Assembly: GCA_951406725.2 (NCBI GenBank)
Contig: OX597823.1
Coordinates: forward strand, 26,040,001-26,104,000
DNA length: 64,000 nucleotides
Source of the DNA: Octopus vulgaris
Taxonomy: Eukaryota
Direction: 5' to 3'
Position numbers and translations under genes: made by a program. Of the stretch, positions 51,936-64,000 are shown piece by piece (position 1 is the stretch's first letter; each line of letters begins with the position of its first letter). The notes under the pieces are model-generated. The model was not told the origin of the DNA, searched no databases, and saw nothing but the letters and a program-made list of their open reading frames with translations.

Positions 51936-52539
51936 GTTTAAACATTGACAGCAATAACAGTAACAACAATCTCTTGCTAATATGGTCAGCCATGAACAAA
52001 CAACCACTGAAAGAGTTCTAGGAAGATCGTAAAGGTTGTGGCTGAGCAACAGTAAGAAATGTACTGAGGAGACGACAACGGAAAACATTCATAGAAAAGT
52101 TTTATTCTTCGAAGTCTACAATTCATCATCCTTTAATTGACACACCCATCATTCTCAATTATCATCAAATATAAAACATTAGCACCAGGCTACAAACTTG
52201 TAGAAGAGATGAGCAGTTAACTAAATCAACCCCAGAATATGAATGATATTTAATTGAAAGGAGATGAATAGTGAAGATAACAAAATTGATGACTGGGATA
52301 GATGAAAGGAGAAGGTTGTGCCTCTTGTTGTGAGCTAATGGATTTTGATTGCCTTGGTAGCAAAATTAACATAGAGTTGGACAAAATGTCTTGCCAATAC
52401 TATTTTTTAGAGCTCTTTCACATTCTGTGGTCAAATTCTTCCACATTAGACTTTGCCTTTTATTCTTCAAAGGTTGATGAAATAACCGCCTTACAAACAC
52501 TTTAGGTGAATGGCTATACCACTCGCCCAAATTTCTGTT

Positions 52540-53060
52540 AATTTTATCACAAGATCAACTCATCATCTTCCTTTGGAAAGAAAAATGGGTAGTTTTCATC
52601 TCTAGTGGGTGCAATGAAAGAAATTGTGAGGTGGACAAGGTTGAAATGCTTGAGGATAGATATTTTCTTTCTCAGGCCAAATCCTCATCAACTTTTTCAA
52701 ATATCATTCAAAGGAGAAGGTAAGTGTAGACTGAGAGATACTGATCTTTAGTGTATTTTATGAAGTTTATGGTGAGTGAGAGTGGCAAAACTGCCATGGT
52801 TAAATGAACTTACACCATTTGCTTGCAGACAGGTGGCAAAACTGGGATAAAGCACTGGCCTTTGTGATCCAGGTTGAATCACCATTAGTGGACGCCCATC
52901 CTTCTTTTAAAGGGTTTTTCTTGTCTTTATTTTGCTGTTCTGTGCTGTTAGTCTTGTTAGTGTTGTTCAGTGCTCTTATTTAATACCTATTTATGTATGT
53001 TTTCACTGTATTTGTTGATCATATTTTTTTTACTTATGTAAACTTACCACTATTTCTCGT
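52540..53060 (+). mobile_element. L1/Tx1-like LINE 3' end
   Basis: MKEIVRWTRLKCL..FFLSGQILINFFKYH..KVSV resembles the Tx1-type ORF2 C-terminus; followed by a T-rich 3' UTR. Confidence 0.6.
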
Positions 53061-54692
53061 TTCTCTCTTTTTTTTTTTTGTATTTTACCTTGGCACTATC
53101 CCAACGTCTTCAGTCTTTGTGGCCACTGAAGTCGTCGTCATCATCATCATTATCATCATTATCCATTATTCAGAAGAAAATGGAATCAATAGTTCCAGAC
53201 AAAATTTTGTAATATTCAATTTATCTCCCTTTACGTTCTTGGTTCAAATCCCGCTGGAGTTGAATTTTCCTTTGATCTTTCTAGGGCCAATAAGGCAAAT
53301 ACATATCAAGTTCTCAGTTTTGATTCAATCTACTTAAACCTCCTTTAAAACTATATAGCATTATGTCAATATCAGAAATCATTACAGAGTAAAAAATCGT
53401 AGCAATTGTTATAGTTAATGTTGGCAGATGTTTAGGGAGTGTTAGCATCACCTTGTAACTTGAGTAAAATGAATTTTCGGAGAATTTGATATAGAATTTC
53501 TGGTTTAGTATTTCATCTATTTATATATAAATCTAAAAGAGTTATATGTCGCTGTGGGATCTCATGCACCATTGGACTGTCAGTGATACATTCTGCTGAG
53601 GGATGCACACCACAAACAGCTTTTTGACTTGTACTGTTTCTCAGTATTTATAATATATAGAAACAGTATAAGCTAACGAGGGAGCATCTACATAGTCATT
53701 CAGCTTGCTAGAAATAGCAGTCAAATCTCTTTCAAATTACATTTTGTCTTAAAAATAGGATACATTTGATAATGTTGTCCTGGGTTCACTGTATATAGGA
53801 AAAGGACAGGATGATCACAGCTAGAGTGTCTTTGGTCAAAGTCTGCTTGATCAGGACTGCTATATCGTAACCCATACAAAATAATAACAGCATCAATAAC
53901 TTGATTAGTTTCAAACACTGTGCTGGGGTGTACATCATCAGTAATAAGTACAAAAGCACAAAACTGTTTTGAGTGAATCCACCTTATCTACTTCTGCTGT
54001 TACTCTACCTGCTAGAAAGAGCAGTTAAATTTCCTACAAATTACATGCTACCATCTTAAAAAAGGAAGAGCATTAGAGAATGCACATGAGACAACATTGG
54101 GATGTTCATGACTGAAATGCTTTTGATTGTAGGTGTGCTCAGTCTGGGCTGAACTGAAGGTAAATTGCTACAACTGGACATATACTGGACAAACAACAAA
54201 TAACAACAACAACAAACTTATACACTGCATAATGTAGAAACCATGCTTTTAGTCTGAAATAAAGATGGGATGATCACAGCTGGATTGTATTTGATCACAG
54301 ATCTGCTTAGTCAGGCTTGGTCTGAACTAAACTACAACAGCCATAGACAAGTTTTGGATAATGTAGTTCTGAACACACTGTCACTGAAAGACAAAAAAAA
54401 AAAAGTGGGATGGTCATGGAAGGAACAATTACGATTTTCATCATGTGTTTGTTAGATCAGGGCTGATGGAGGGAGAGGTGGGGGGTGCTAACAAAGAAAC
54501 ACTGAGTGGGAGTGGTGGAAAATAGGCAACATGCTTCAAATGTCACGTTGTACTTCTTAATGATAACAACTGCATGTCTAAGTGGTTGCCAACAATGCAG
54601 AGGCATTGTATATTGAGAGTTACAGAATCTGTGAATCCCTCTCAGTTGTCTCACCAGCAACTTAATGCACTATGATGATATATATATATATA

Positions 54693-55110
54693 CAAGGTGT
54701 AATGGGTAAATTGTTGTCATTTTATATTTTTAATTTCGTTCATGCACATTGATTGTTTTTGATTTTGTTGACTACACAGTATAGTAGGGTCAGTTGGGCA
54801 CCATCTGTGAGAAAAACAGCACCATGACGCAATTCACTCTGCCATAAATTTGGAAATGACATACTGTACTGCTTGGCATTTGTGCTGGAAGCTTCAATAC
54901 GAACATTTCAATGTGTTTGGGGATCAATCTGAGGACATGTACCGAGAGTGATAAAAATGAAACATCCAGTCAATATCATGGTGTTTGGAGTGATCACTAG
55001 CAATGGCAACATTATGCCTCCATTCATCTTCCCACATGGCCTCACACTCAACATGGAGGCCTACATCAAGTGCCCGGAAGAGGCAGTGCTGCCCTGGTTC
55101 AAGAGGGTGG
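54693..55110 (+). mobile_element. Tc1/mariner-superfamily element, 5' fragment
   Basis: TA|CAAGGTG start; KHPVNIMVFGVITSNGNIMPPFIFPHGLTLNMEAYIKC is a DDE-domain segment; truncated by the adjacent LINE. Confidence 0.8.
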
Positions 55111-55730
55111 CACTCAGGTGCACTACAACTCATCAGAAAAAATAACTAAAAGTACATGAAAAGTACACAGAATAGAATAGAATAAGTCATTAAAAAGAAA
55201 AGAGGGAGCAGGGACATTAGGTGTACTGCTGGAAAATTTCAGGAAGCATGGAAATTTTGAAGGATGTAGTGTTCTGACAATCAACCACTGATATAGGTAA
55301 TCTAATCTATACTTCAGCAATTCTGAACATGAAAAAGTGTTTCCAAAAGTCATGTGAGTTATGTTTTTTTTTTGATTTTGTAAGAATGTCCATGAGTAAA
55401 CATGCTTACAAAATCAAAAAAGTGCCCAAGATTATTGTTAGAAGGATGGTGGATAATCTTGTTGGGGTCCATGAAATCAGATGCCAGATGGTGGAGAGTC
55501 AATGTGTCCATACCCAGGGAAGCAATACATTCAGAGTATGGTAGATGCCTGATGGTGGGATTCATCTAGTTGCACGTTTCTGAATAGTTTCCAGGAGACT
55601 GCTATGCTGAGAAAGATAGGGCTTCCAGACTGGTGATGCAAACATTAAGTGCAGATGTACCATAGCCATATACAGCTTTAAATAAATAGCTGGAGAGTGG
55701 CTGACCAAGATCTTACTTCAGCATTCTTGA
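55110..55730 (-). mobile_element. CR1-like LINE 3' fragment
   Basis: PTIRHLPYSECIASLGMDTLTLHHLASDF corresponds to the CR1 'LxYEERLxxLGLxTLxxRR' region. Confidence 0.75.
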
Positions 55731-55786
<56 letters not shown>

Positions 55787-55789
55787 ATT

Positions 55790-56109
55790 GGCATGCTGTC
55801 ACTTAGGACGACATGGGTTCCAGCTGATCCAATCAACAGAACAGCTTGCTCATGAGATTAACATGCAAGTGGCTGAGCACTCCACAGACATGTGTAGCCA
55901 TTCACATACTTCTCAGAGAGATTTAGCATGACACAGAGTGTGACAAGGCTAGCCCCTTGAAATACAGGTACTACTCACTTTTGCCAGCTGAGTGGACTGG
56001 AGCACCGTGAAATAAAGTGTCTTGCTCAAGGACACAATGCACTGCCAAGAATCGAACTTGTGACCCTACAATCATGAGCCAAATACCCTAACCACTAGGT
56101 GACATGCCT

Positions 56110-56113
<4 letters not shown>
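55790..56113 (-). mobile_element. tRNA-derived SINE (second family)
   Basis: Head cctagtggttagg...gttcgattc, then tgtgtccttgagcaagacact. Confidence 0.85.
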
Positions 56114-56144
<31 letters not shown>

Positions 56145-56245
56145 CAATCAAAATCACCCCATTTTGAATTATATGGATAATACCATACTAAATTCTGTGC
56201 CTTTAACTTAAGTACCATATTCAACTGAATCTAAATTTTACTGAA

Positions 56246-56295
<50 letters not shown>

Positions 56296-56299
56296 CATA

Positions 56300-57979
56300 C
56301 AGGGATTGGACCAAATAATGGAAACACCTAGCATCATAATTTTGAAATATCTATAAAACCATCAAAAGCTTGTTTATTTTTATGTTTTCTGATTTATTAT
56401 TAGTGTTGCTTAATATGTTTTGCTAACATTGCTGTTTCTTTTCAGATATCATCAGAAAAAGGTAATTAAAATTCATTAAAATGACAGATCTATCGGACTT
56501 TCAAAGAGGTCAAATTGTTGGTGCTCGTATGGCAGGTGCTAGCATAACGAAAACAGCTGAAATGTTTGGTGTATCAAGAAGTACTGTCTCAAAAGTAATG
56601 ACAGCCTTTGAGAAAGTGGGAAAAACCTCCTTGTCAAAACAAAACTCTGGAAGAAAACCAAAACTTTCAGATAGGGATTGTTGGATTCTTACGCGAATCA
56701 TTAGAAAGGATCACAAAAGTACAGCTCCCAAAATTACTGCTTGTACTTGTACTTGTACTTACATTCACCCTGGGCGGGTTGAATCGGCTTCTTCTACCAC
56801 CCTCGAGGCATCTTGAACTATGGCAGTGGAAGAAATTTCGTGGGAATATGAATTTCACAAGCAGTCCCCAACAATCCCGCATGTAGAGACATCCTGTTTG
56901 CTGCAGATTGTCCGCAGATGCAGGGACAGAACGACCAAGGAGCCACCGGTTGCTGAAACAGACACTCCGAGGATTTTCACCAGAGCCCCGTCTGCCGGGT
57001 TGTGGACCTAATACCACTCGGTGTCAGACCAATCCGCCTTGGGTGGCCCAACCAGGAACCGAAGTTCCTGACGGCATAGCTCTGACACTACCCGTTGCCA
57101 GCGTCCCCACCACGGTGAGGAGGGGATGGGCAAAATTACTGCAGAGCTTAATGACCACTTTGAGAACCCAGTTTCCTCAAAAACTGTTGGCCAGGAGCTG
57201 CACAGAGCCAGATTTCATGGGAGGGCTGCAATCAGAAAACCACTACTTTCAAAAACAAACGTTGCAATGCATTTAGAGTGGAGTAAAAACCTACAGAATT
57301 GGTCCCTAGAGCAGTGGAAGAATGTTATTTTTTTGGACAAGTCATCCTTTACCTTATTTCCAAACACTGACCGAGTATACATGTGGAAACAGCCAAAAGA
57401 AGCATTTGACCCAGACTACCTTCTTCCAACTGTTAAACATGGAGGAGGATCTGTGGTGATCTGGAGGGGGGGGGGGGGCTATATCTTGGAAATCCGCTGG
57501 CCCAATAGTTTCCCTTCATGGCAGAATTAATAGTCAAGTCTATTTAAGCATTTTATCTGATCAAATTCATCCTATGGTTGTGGAACTGTTTCCAGAGGGA
57601 AATGCAATCTTTCAAGATGATTGATAATGTACCAATTCACACAACTAAAGTTGTTATTGAATGGCATGAGGAATATTCTAGTGAAGTTGAACATTTTATC
57701 TGGCCACCACAGTCCCCAGATCTCAATATTATTGAACATTTATGGTAAATTTTAGAAAAACAAGTAAGGAGTCGATATTCTCCACCATCATCACTACAAG
57801 AACTGGAGACTGTTTTAGTTGAAGAATGGACAAAAATTCTTTTGGAAACAATTCAAACTTTGTACGAATTCATACCTTGTAGAATTCAAGCTGTAATTAT
57901 TGCCAAAGGTGGTCCTACCCCATATTAAAATTAATTTGTTTGAAATTTTAAGGTGTTTCCATTATTTTGTCCAACCACA

Positions 57980-57980
<1 letters not shown>
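56300..57980 (+). mobile_element. Full-length Tc1 (DD34E) transposon, transposase disrupted
   Basis: TIRs cagggattggaccaaataatggaaacacct / aggtgtttccattattttgtccaaccacag in TA; ORF from 56481 (paired-like HTH, GRKPKL), KHGGGSV, FQDD, PPQSPDLNIIEHLW; insertion, frameshifts and stops. Confidence 0.95.
56741..57130 (-). mobile_element. 390-bp non-autonomous RTE-derived retroelement
   Basis: 12-bp TSD CAAAATTACTGC (56729-40 and 57131-42); (CAAGTA)n tail; 5' part contains gagctatgcc..gggccacccaag as in RTE/BovB 5' UTRs. Confidence 0.9.
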
Positions 57981-58013
<33 letters not shown>

Positions 58014-58520
58014 ACTTGGTCTACTGTACTACTGTACAATACTCCTACCTTTTTATAAATAGCCATAGTTCCTACAGCAAACTTGACCCTCATCTTTAAT
58101 CCAGGACAACTTTCCAGTCTTATCATAATCTCTTCAAAAATTATTCAGATCTTAATCCGCTACATACTAAGCTATCTCTACTATATTTTCACTAAAACTT
58201 TACGATAAAACACACAACAATCTATTTCCTATACCACATACACATCTATCATAGCTGGAAAATTTCCTTAAAATAAAGCAAAAATCCCACTTTCCTTAAA
58301 GAAAACGAAGAAACTCACTTTCAATTTTTTTCTTAAATTCTTACTAAATAATGTTTTCTAATTGTTAGGGGTCTTCGTAATACAATTGAAAATTTTGCCT
58401 CCTGTTGGTGACTAAAGGGAGAATAGTGTTTAAGGCAACCAAATGGTCTGCTGTAGCCATCGTCTTCAAACAACCCAAGTATACATGAGTTGCCTCCCAT
58501 AATTACAAACCTCATCTTAC

Positions 58521-58600
58521 CTTTGCCAAATTTTTTCCATAACAACGTCATATTTTCAAAATGAAACCAGACGTAAGTTCTAGTTCTTCAGACAAAAAAC
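58521..58600 (-). other. Putative spliced exon (80 nt) containing an ATG (MTLLWKKFGK plus phase-1 donor)
   Basis: Minus strand CTAAC branch point...catatttcAG| exon |AAG GTAAGA donor; all three frames are closed upstream of the ATG at 58551. Confidence 0.5.
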
Positions 58601-60786
58601 CTGAAATATGGACAAGTTAGAATGTTAGCCATACATTGACATGACACGAAAACCCTACATCTTAAAATTTTTAATAATGAAAGTTACAATTTAGTAATTC
58701 TCATTTCAAATGTATCAAAAATGTTTGAGATGTTTATGAATAAAAATTTTTTGTTTGGATCATTATGATTCGCAGATCTTTCTTAGCTTCAACTAAAACA
58801 GGTTCTGAAAATTCAGCATTAGTTGTAACAGTGAATAACATTTTGGTAGGGGTGAGTGGGGGAAAATGAGTAACTTCTTTGACAGGAATCTTGGCAGGCA
58901 GGAGCTTGCACCAGATTTCAGTGTCTATTTTTGGCACGGTTTTTATAGCTAGATGCCCTTCCTAACACCAACAACCCAGCAGAGTGGACATAAGTTTTCT
59001 AATGTAGTGAGTATTTGTAAAAAAAAATATTTTGTCTCAAAGTGAAAAATGCAGTAAAAACACCCCATAGACTCCATATTAAATATCTCTATAGTATAGA
59101 GATATTTAAAAGAAAATATATAGCTCTAAATATAAGAAAATTTTTGATTGGGTGTGATAATGCGGTGGGGTGGGGTGGGGCTGGTGTTTCCACTAAAAGT
59201 CTTGGAGACTCTCTTTTAAATTTGGTCTCAACAGCTTGACAAGTGATGTGGAATGAAAAAAGCAAGAAACATCAATAAATTTTTCAATAAGTAAATAAAC
59301 ATTTAAAGATATTTCTATATTTAATTACAATATATGAAGTGAGATTAATGTGTGGAATATTATTTTGAGATTTATTTTCAAGTTTGAGCCCATATTTATC
59401 TGCAATTATCTCGTACTTTTATGAATAGATATTGTTTCCTTGCATATAAGCAGTAATTATATGGTTTTGATAAATATTGGTTTTTAAACATAGTCTCTAT
59501 AATTCGTTTTTAATGGTAGAACTTGCAATAGATAAAGCTATAAATGATAGCGTGTAAACATTGAGTTAAAAGCCCCTTTTCATAAAAGAAGTCAAAGGCT
59601 ACTCAAACTCACATCTGTCAGCATAAGTCTTGGATCTTTACTTTTTGACCTACAGATTTAAAAAAACATTTTTTGTAAATAAACACTTTCAAACTTCGGA
59701 CACTGGTAGAATGTGTCATATAAAATATCTTTTACCTTAGCATTTTTGAGAAAAACTTATATTTACGAAATAATTTCATGTTAAAGTAGTCCTAGGATCT
59801 TTATATTTTAAGGGGGAACAGAGTAAATAGGAAGTTGTGACGTTTATTCTTTTCTCTAGGAAATTAAATTGGTGGCACGATATGTGAAATAGCCAATAAA
59901 ACAGAGTTCAAGGAATTTGACCCAAAACGTCAGCACTTTTCTCTACCTCTTCCTCATGGAATAGGAGTTTATCTAAATTTAAGAACGTCATTAACATAAC
60001 TCGATAAATTCAATGAGAAAGCCTGTAATGAGTTGCTCAACCTGCTAAAAAAAGTAGTCGAATCTTAACCTACTACTTTAAAAAGAGACACATTACATAA
60101 GTCACTCCTAGATACACAATGTCTGAAAAGATGGAATGGTCACGGTTAGAGCTCATTGATATATGAGGTTTGCATGATCAAGACTGATTAAGAATTACAC
60201 AAGAGAATCTTTACACGGTCGCTTGACCTGCTAGAAATAGTGTCAAAATCTTCTATTATATTCTACAATTTTAAATAAAAGGAAAGACACAAGATAATGA
60301 AGACCAGGATACAATGTTCGAATAAAAAGATGGGATGATCATGGTTGTGTCTTTGACAATATATTGCCATGGAGTTGAAAAACATCTGATAGGGAACTCA
60401 ATTCAAAGAAGTTCACCTCGTTTCGATATCTGAATATTATTTCCAAGCAAAAGAAAGAAATTCCACAGATCTACAAGTCAAACGTCAAATAAATTATGGT
60501 ACTATGAAACATAAGATTTTCAGTTGTCAAACAGTTACCAGGAAAAACTGATAAAGGATTAGACCATTATAATGATAATAATTAGTGGAAATTGTAAAGT
60601 CTAAACATGAGAACGTAATTTTATTGTTCTTTAACAACAATAAAATTACGGAAAGGGAAGTAACTCTTGGACTCGTATGTTTAATTTCTTTTGCTGGTAC
60701 AGGTCCATTTCTGTCTGTCTTTCAGTGTCTTTGTCTGTCTGTCTGTCTGTCTCTTTCTCTCTCTCTCTCTTCCTCCGCACGCGCAC

Positions 60787-61000
60787 GTGTGGTTATGTGG
60801 TAAGAATCTTGCTTCCCAACTACATGGTTCCAAGTTCAGTCCCACTGCGTGGAATCTTGTGCAAGTGTCTTATACCACAGCCCCAGAATGACCAAAGCCT
60901 TTTGGTCATTCTGCAGAAGACACTTGCCCAAGGTGCTATGTGGTGCGATTGAACCTGGAACCATGTGGTTGGGAAACAAACTTCTCATCACACAGCCACG
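60787..61000. mobile_element. Two SINE heads fused in inverted orientation
   Basis: Plus-strand head 60787-60900, minus-strand head 60914-61000, joined by the perfect hairpin cagaatgaccaaa-gcct-tttggtcattctg. Confidence 0.85.
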
Positions 61001-61273
61001 AAATTCTTGGACAATGAGTCACTCTGTTACTTCTACTAAATATTAATAATAATAATAATATATATATATATATCATCATCATCATCATCATCATCATCAT
61101 GTAAAGTCTGCCTTCCATGCTGGCATGATTGGGACGGTTTGACAAGAGACTTCTGTGACTGTTTTGGCAGCATTTTTACAGCTGGATGCCCTTCCTTATG
61201 CCAACCACTTTACAATGTGGACTGGATGCTTTTTAAGTAACACCTGCACTGACAGGGTTACCATATATATATA

Positions 61274-61327
<54 letters not shown>

Positions 61328-61329
61328 AA

Positions 61330-61985
61330 GGGAAAGATGGCTAAAAGGGAAAGATGGCTGCTTATAAATGCCAAAACCTTCCCTGGCGAAGAATGTACCC
61401 CACAACATAGACTGGTAGTTAGTGACTTCAGGATCAGGGCTAAATGGATGCCCAGAAGACGACCAGCAAGGAGAAGAAGGGTCTGGAGACTTAAAGATCC
61501 GGCAAACAGACAGAGATTTAGAGGCATATTAACTGAAGCCTTTGACGAAAAAGTAGGGGATATAGCTTCACATGATATAGAAGACAACTGGAGGTTTCTA
61601 CAAGACAACCTGCTAAGAGCCACTGACCAGATCTGTGGTTGGTGCAAGGTCCCCTCTAGACCCAAAATAATGTGGTGGTCGAACAATGTTGTTGACATGG
61701 CTATTAGAGAAAAGAAACAAGCTTGGAAGGACTGGAAGAACGGTGGTAGCAGGGAATTGTATCAGACTGCCAGAAGGGAAGCTAGGAGGCAGGTTTATTT
61801 AGCCAGAGGGAAAGCAGATAAAAAAAATTTGCCAATGTTCTGCGCCATGAGGACCAAAGACTTGAGGTATTTCGTGTTGCAAGACAGTGTGTGAGAGAGA
61901 ATTGTGATATTTTAGGAGAGAAATGTGTTCGCATGGATGATGGCTCACCTGCGCTGAATGAGGATGCAAAGAGAGAGGTTTAAGT
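61330..61985 (+). mobile_element. RTE LINE internal fragment (endonuclease end and linker)
   Basis: PGEECTPQHRLVVSDF, VWRLKD, WWSNNV: typical RTE ORF2 EN/linker motifs. Confidence 0.9.
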
Positions 61986-62170
61986 GATGGTGGTGGTGGG
62001 GTAAACACAGATACTGAGATACACTTACCTCCTCACACACACACATAAACACACACACACATATAGGACAGGCTTCTTTAAATTTCCTTCTTTACGTTTT
62101 ATATATAAATATAAAATTATTGCACACACACATATATAACATCATGATTATATACATATATACACACACA

Positions 62171-63445
62171 TTGTGTCATCCCATAAATAATGCAGTTTTT
62201 CAATTGCATGAACTAAAAGTCAAAGGGGGATAGGATTAACTACCTGCATCAACTTGCTATAAAAGCAGGTAGTAATTTTACCTTGTATATATTCTTAGTG
62301 TAAGTTTTGAAGAATGCTGTTCGATTTTAACAGTTATTTTTTTCAAAGTTATAATGGAAGTGACAAAGGAGCATATTCAGCATATTTTGCTTTATGAGCT
62401 CAATAAAGGCAACAACACAACGGAAAGTGCGCAGAATATTAATGCAATATATGGGGATCAAACAATAAGTGTAAGCCAGTTTCAACGGTGGCTCCAGAAA
62501 TTCCAATCCAGAGAATACAGCCAAGAAGATGAGCCTCATCCTAGAAAATATATAGAGCTTGATGAGGACATCCTGAAAATGCTGGCAGAACAAAATCCCA
62601 TTGCAAGTGTTGTAGAACTAGCAGAAAAGCTTGGATTTGGTCATTCAACCATTCATCGGCACCTGCGGGCCATCAGAAAAGTTGGCAAATTGGGTCAATG
62701 GGTTCCTCACAAAATTTCCAAGTCTAATCACGTGCAGAGTGTGATTGTGTGCTCTTGTTTGCTCTCACACCTCATGAATGAACCTTTTTTGGACTGAACA
62801 GTGACTGGTGATGAGAAATGGGTTTTCATTAAAAATGTCAAACACCAAAGGCAGTGTGTAGGTAAAGGAGAATCATTGGCAGCCCAGGCTAAAGAAGGTC
62901 TTCATCCACATAAGGTGTTGCTATCTGTTTGGTGGGATATGAAAGGTTTAGTCCACTTTGAACTTGTAAACCCAAACTAAATGATAAGAAAGGAAATCTA
63001 CTGTGAGCAGCTTAAGTCAGCACTAGAAGAAAAACAACCATCTTTGGTTTCAAGACAAAAGGTGTTCTTCCATCAGGATAATGCTCGGCTACATACAGTG
63101 AGGAGGATATTCCAAAGGCTGAAGCAGTTTGAATGGGAAACGATGCCCCATCCACCATATTCACCGGACATTGCCCCATCTGATTATCATTTATTCTGCA
63201 GTCTTCAAAATCATTTGGCCAAAAAAAGTATGAATTCTGGAGACAAGGTCAGAACAGTACTGGAGGAATATTTTTCGTGACTGACAAGTGAATTTTGGAA
63301 GAGGGGCCTTGAAAATCTACCAGATAGATGGAAGAGCATTGTAGAAAATGAAGGAGAGTATATTTTAAATTTAGAAAGAACTTTGGTTATCTTAATTATG
63401 AAAAATAAAAGAAGTATAAAAAAACTGCATTATTTATGGGATGAC

Positions 63446-63449
<4 letters not shown>
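62171..63449 (+). mobile_element. Full-length mariner (DD34D), pseudogenised
   Basis: TIRs ttgtgtcatcccataaataatgcagttttt / aaaaactgcattatttatgggatgacccaa; WVPH, TGDEKW, HQDNAR, YSPDIAPSDYHLF; in-frame stops. Confidence 0.95.
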
Positions 63450-63512
<63 letters not shown>

Positions 63513-63599
63513 GTATATATGTATGTATATATATATATATATATGTATGTATGTGTGAATATATATATAAATATATGCATACATACATATATATGTGTG

Positions 63600-63730
63600 T
63601 GTGGAGGCACATGACCTAGTGGTTAGAGCAGCGGACTCGTGGTTGAGGGATCGCGGGTTCGAATCTCAGACTGGGCGATGTGTGTGTTTATGAGCGAAAC
63701 ATCAAGCTCCACATGGCTCAAGAAGGCACA
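63600..63730 (+). mobile_element. tRNA-derived SINE head
   Basis: A-box cctagtggttag and B-box ggttcgaatc; no complete cloverleaf. Confidence 0.75.
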
Positions 63731-64000
63731 AACAATATATATATACATCAGTCTATGTCTGCTTTCCACACTGGCATGAGCTGGACAGGTTATCAGCAAG
63801 TCAGTTTCTGTTCAGGTTTATTGCTGCAGATAGAGATTTAGCAGGTAAGAAATAGGAAAAAGACTCAGATACAGATATGTATTACATATCCCATCACTAC
63901 CATCACCATCTATATTTTATCATACATTTCACTGTGCTTACACAAATGGTTGGGACTTCTCCAGTTCAGCAGGTTACCAATCCTCATGGCCATTCGTATG

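Noticed and set aside
52676-52719. Plus-strand exon-like segment with a good acceptor and GTAAGT donor
   Set aside because: The reading frame continues through both 'splice sites' as an L1/Tx1 ORF2 C-terminus (FLSGQILINFFKYH..KVSV), so it is TE sequence.
57090-57130. HDV-like ribozyme at the 5' end of the 390-bp element
   Set aside because: A UCCUCAC loop-like motif is present, but there is too little sequence between the P1 strands to fit P2/P3, so it is not called.
63600-63680. tRNA gene
   Set aside because: A and B boxes only, no acceptor stem, and it continues into SINE body.

Overview
AT-rich, repeat-dense animal genomic DNA. The repeat repertoire (tRNA-derived SINEs, RTE LINE 3' ends with (ATG)n tails, piggyBac/hAT/Tigger MITEs, non-autonomous Helitrons, abundant (TA)n/(CA)n) looks like an Octopus-type cephalopod genome; this is an inference. 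The only host coding sequence I can support is a 43-nt first coding exon on the minus strand (37940-37898, MPLFGNSGSFDPDV, then GTAAGT). It matches the N-terminus and phase-1 first intron of STAM (ESCRT-0, VHS domain) and has a CpG-retaining promoter. I found no STAM exon 2, so everything to the left is probably intron 1. A second well-formed minus-strand exon lies at 58521-58600. The rest is layered decayed transposons: Tc1, two mariners, RTE, CR1, L1/Tx1, Penelope-like and Helitron. The most notable non-obvious signals are several hammerhead-ribozyme-like motifs of the minimal Penelope/retrozyme type (one just upstream of the STAM promoter), a young 390-bp bipartite RTE-derived element with a structured 5' RNA inserted into the Tc1 transposase, and many fold-back or inverted duplications. 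Almost all ORFs in the supplied track are spurious or TE remnants. Many repeat boundaries are approximate because they were read by eye.
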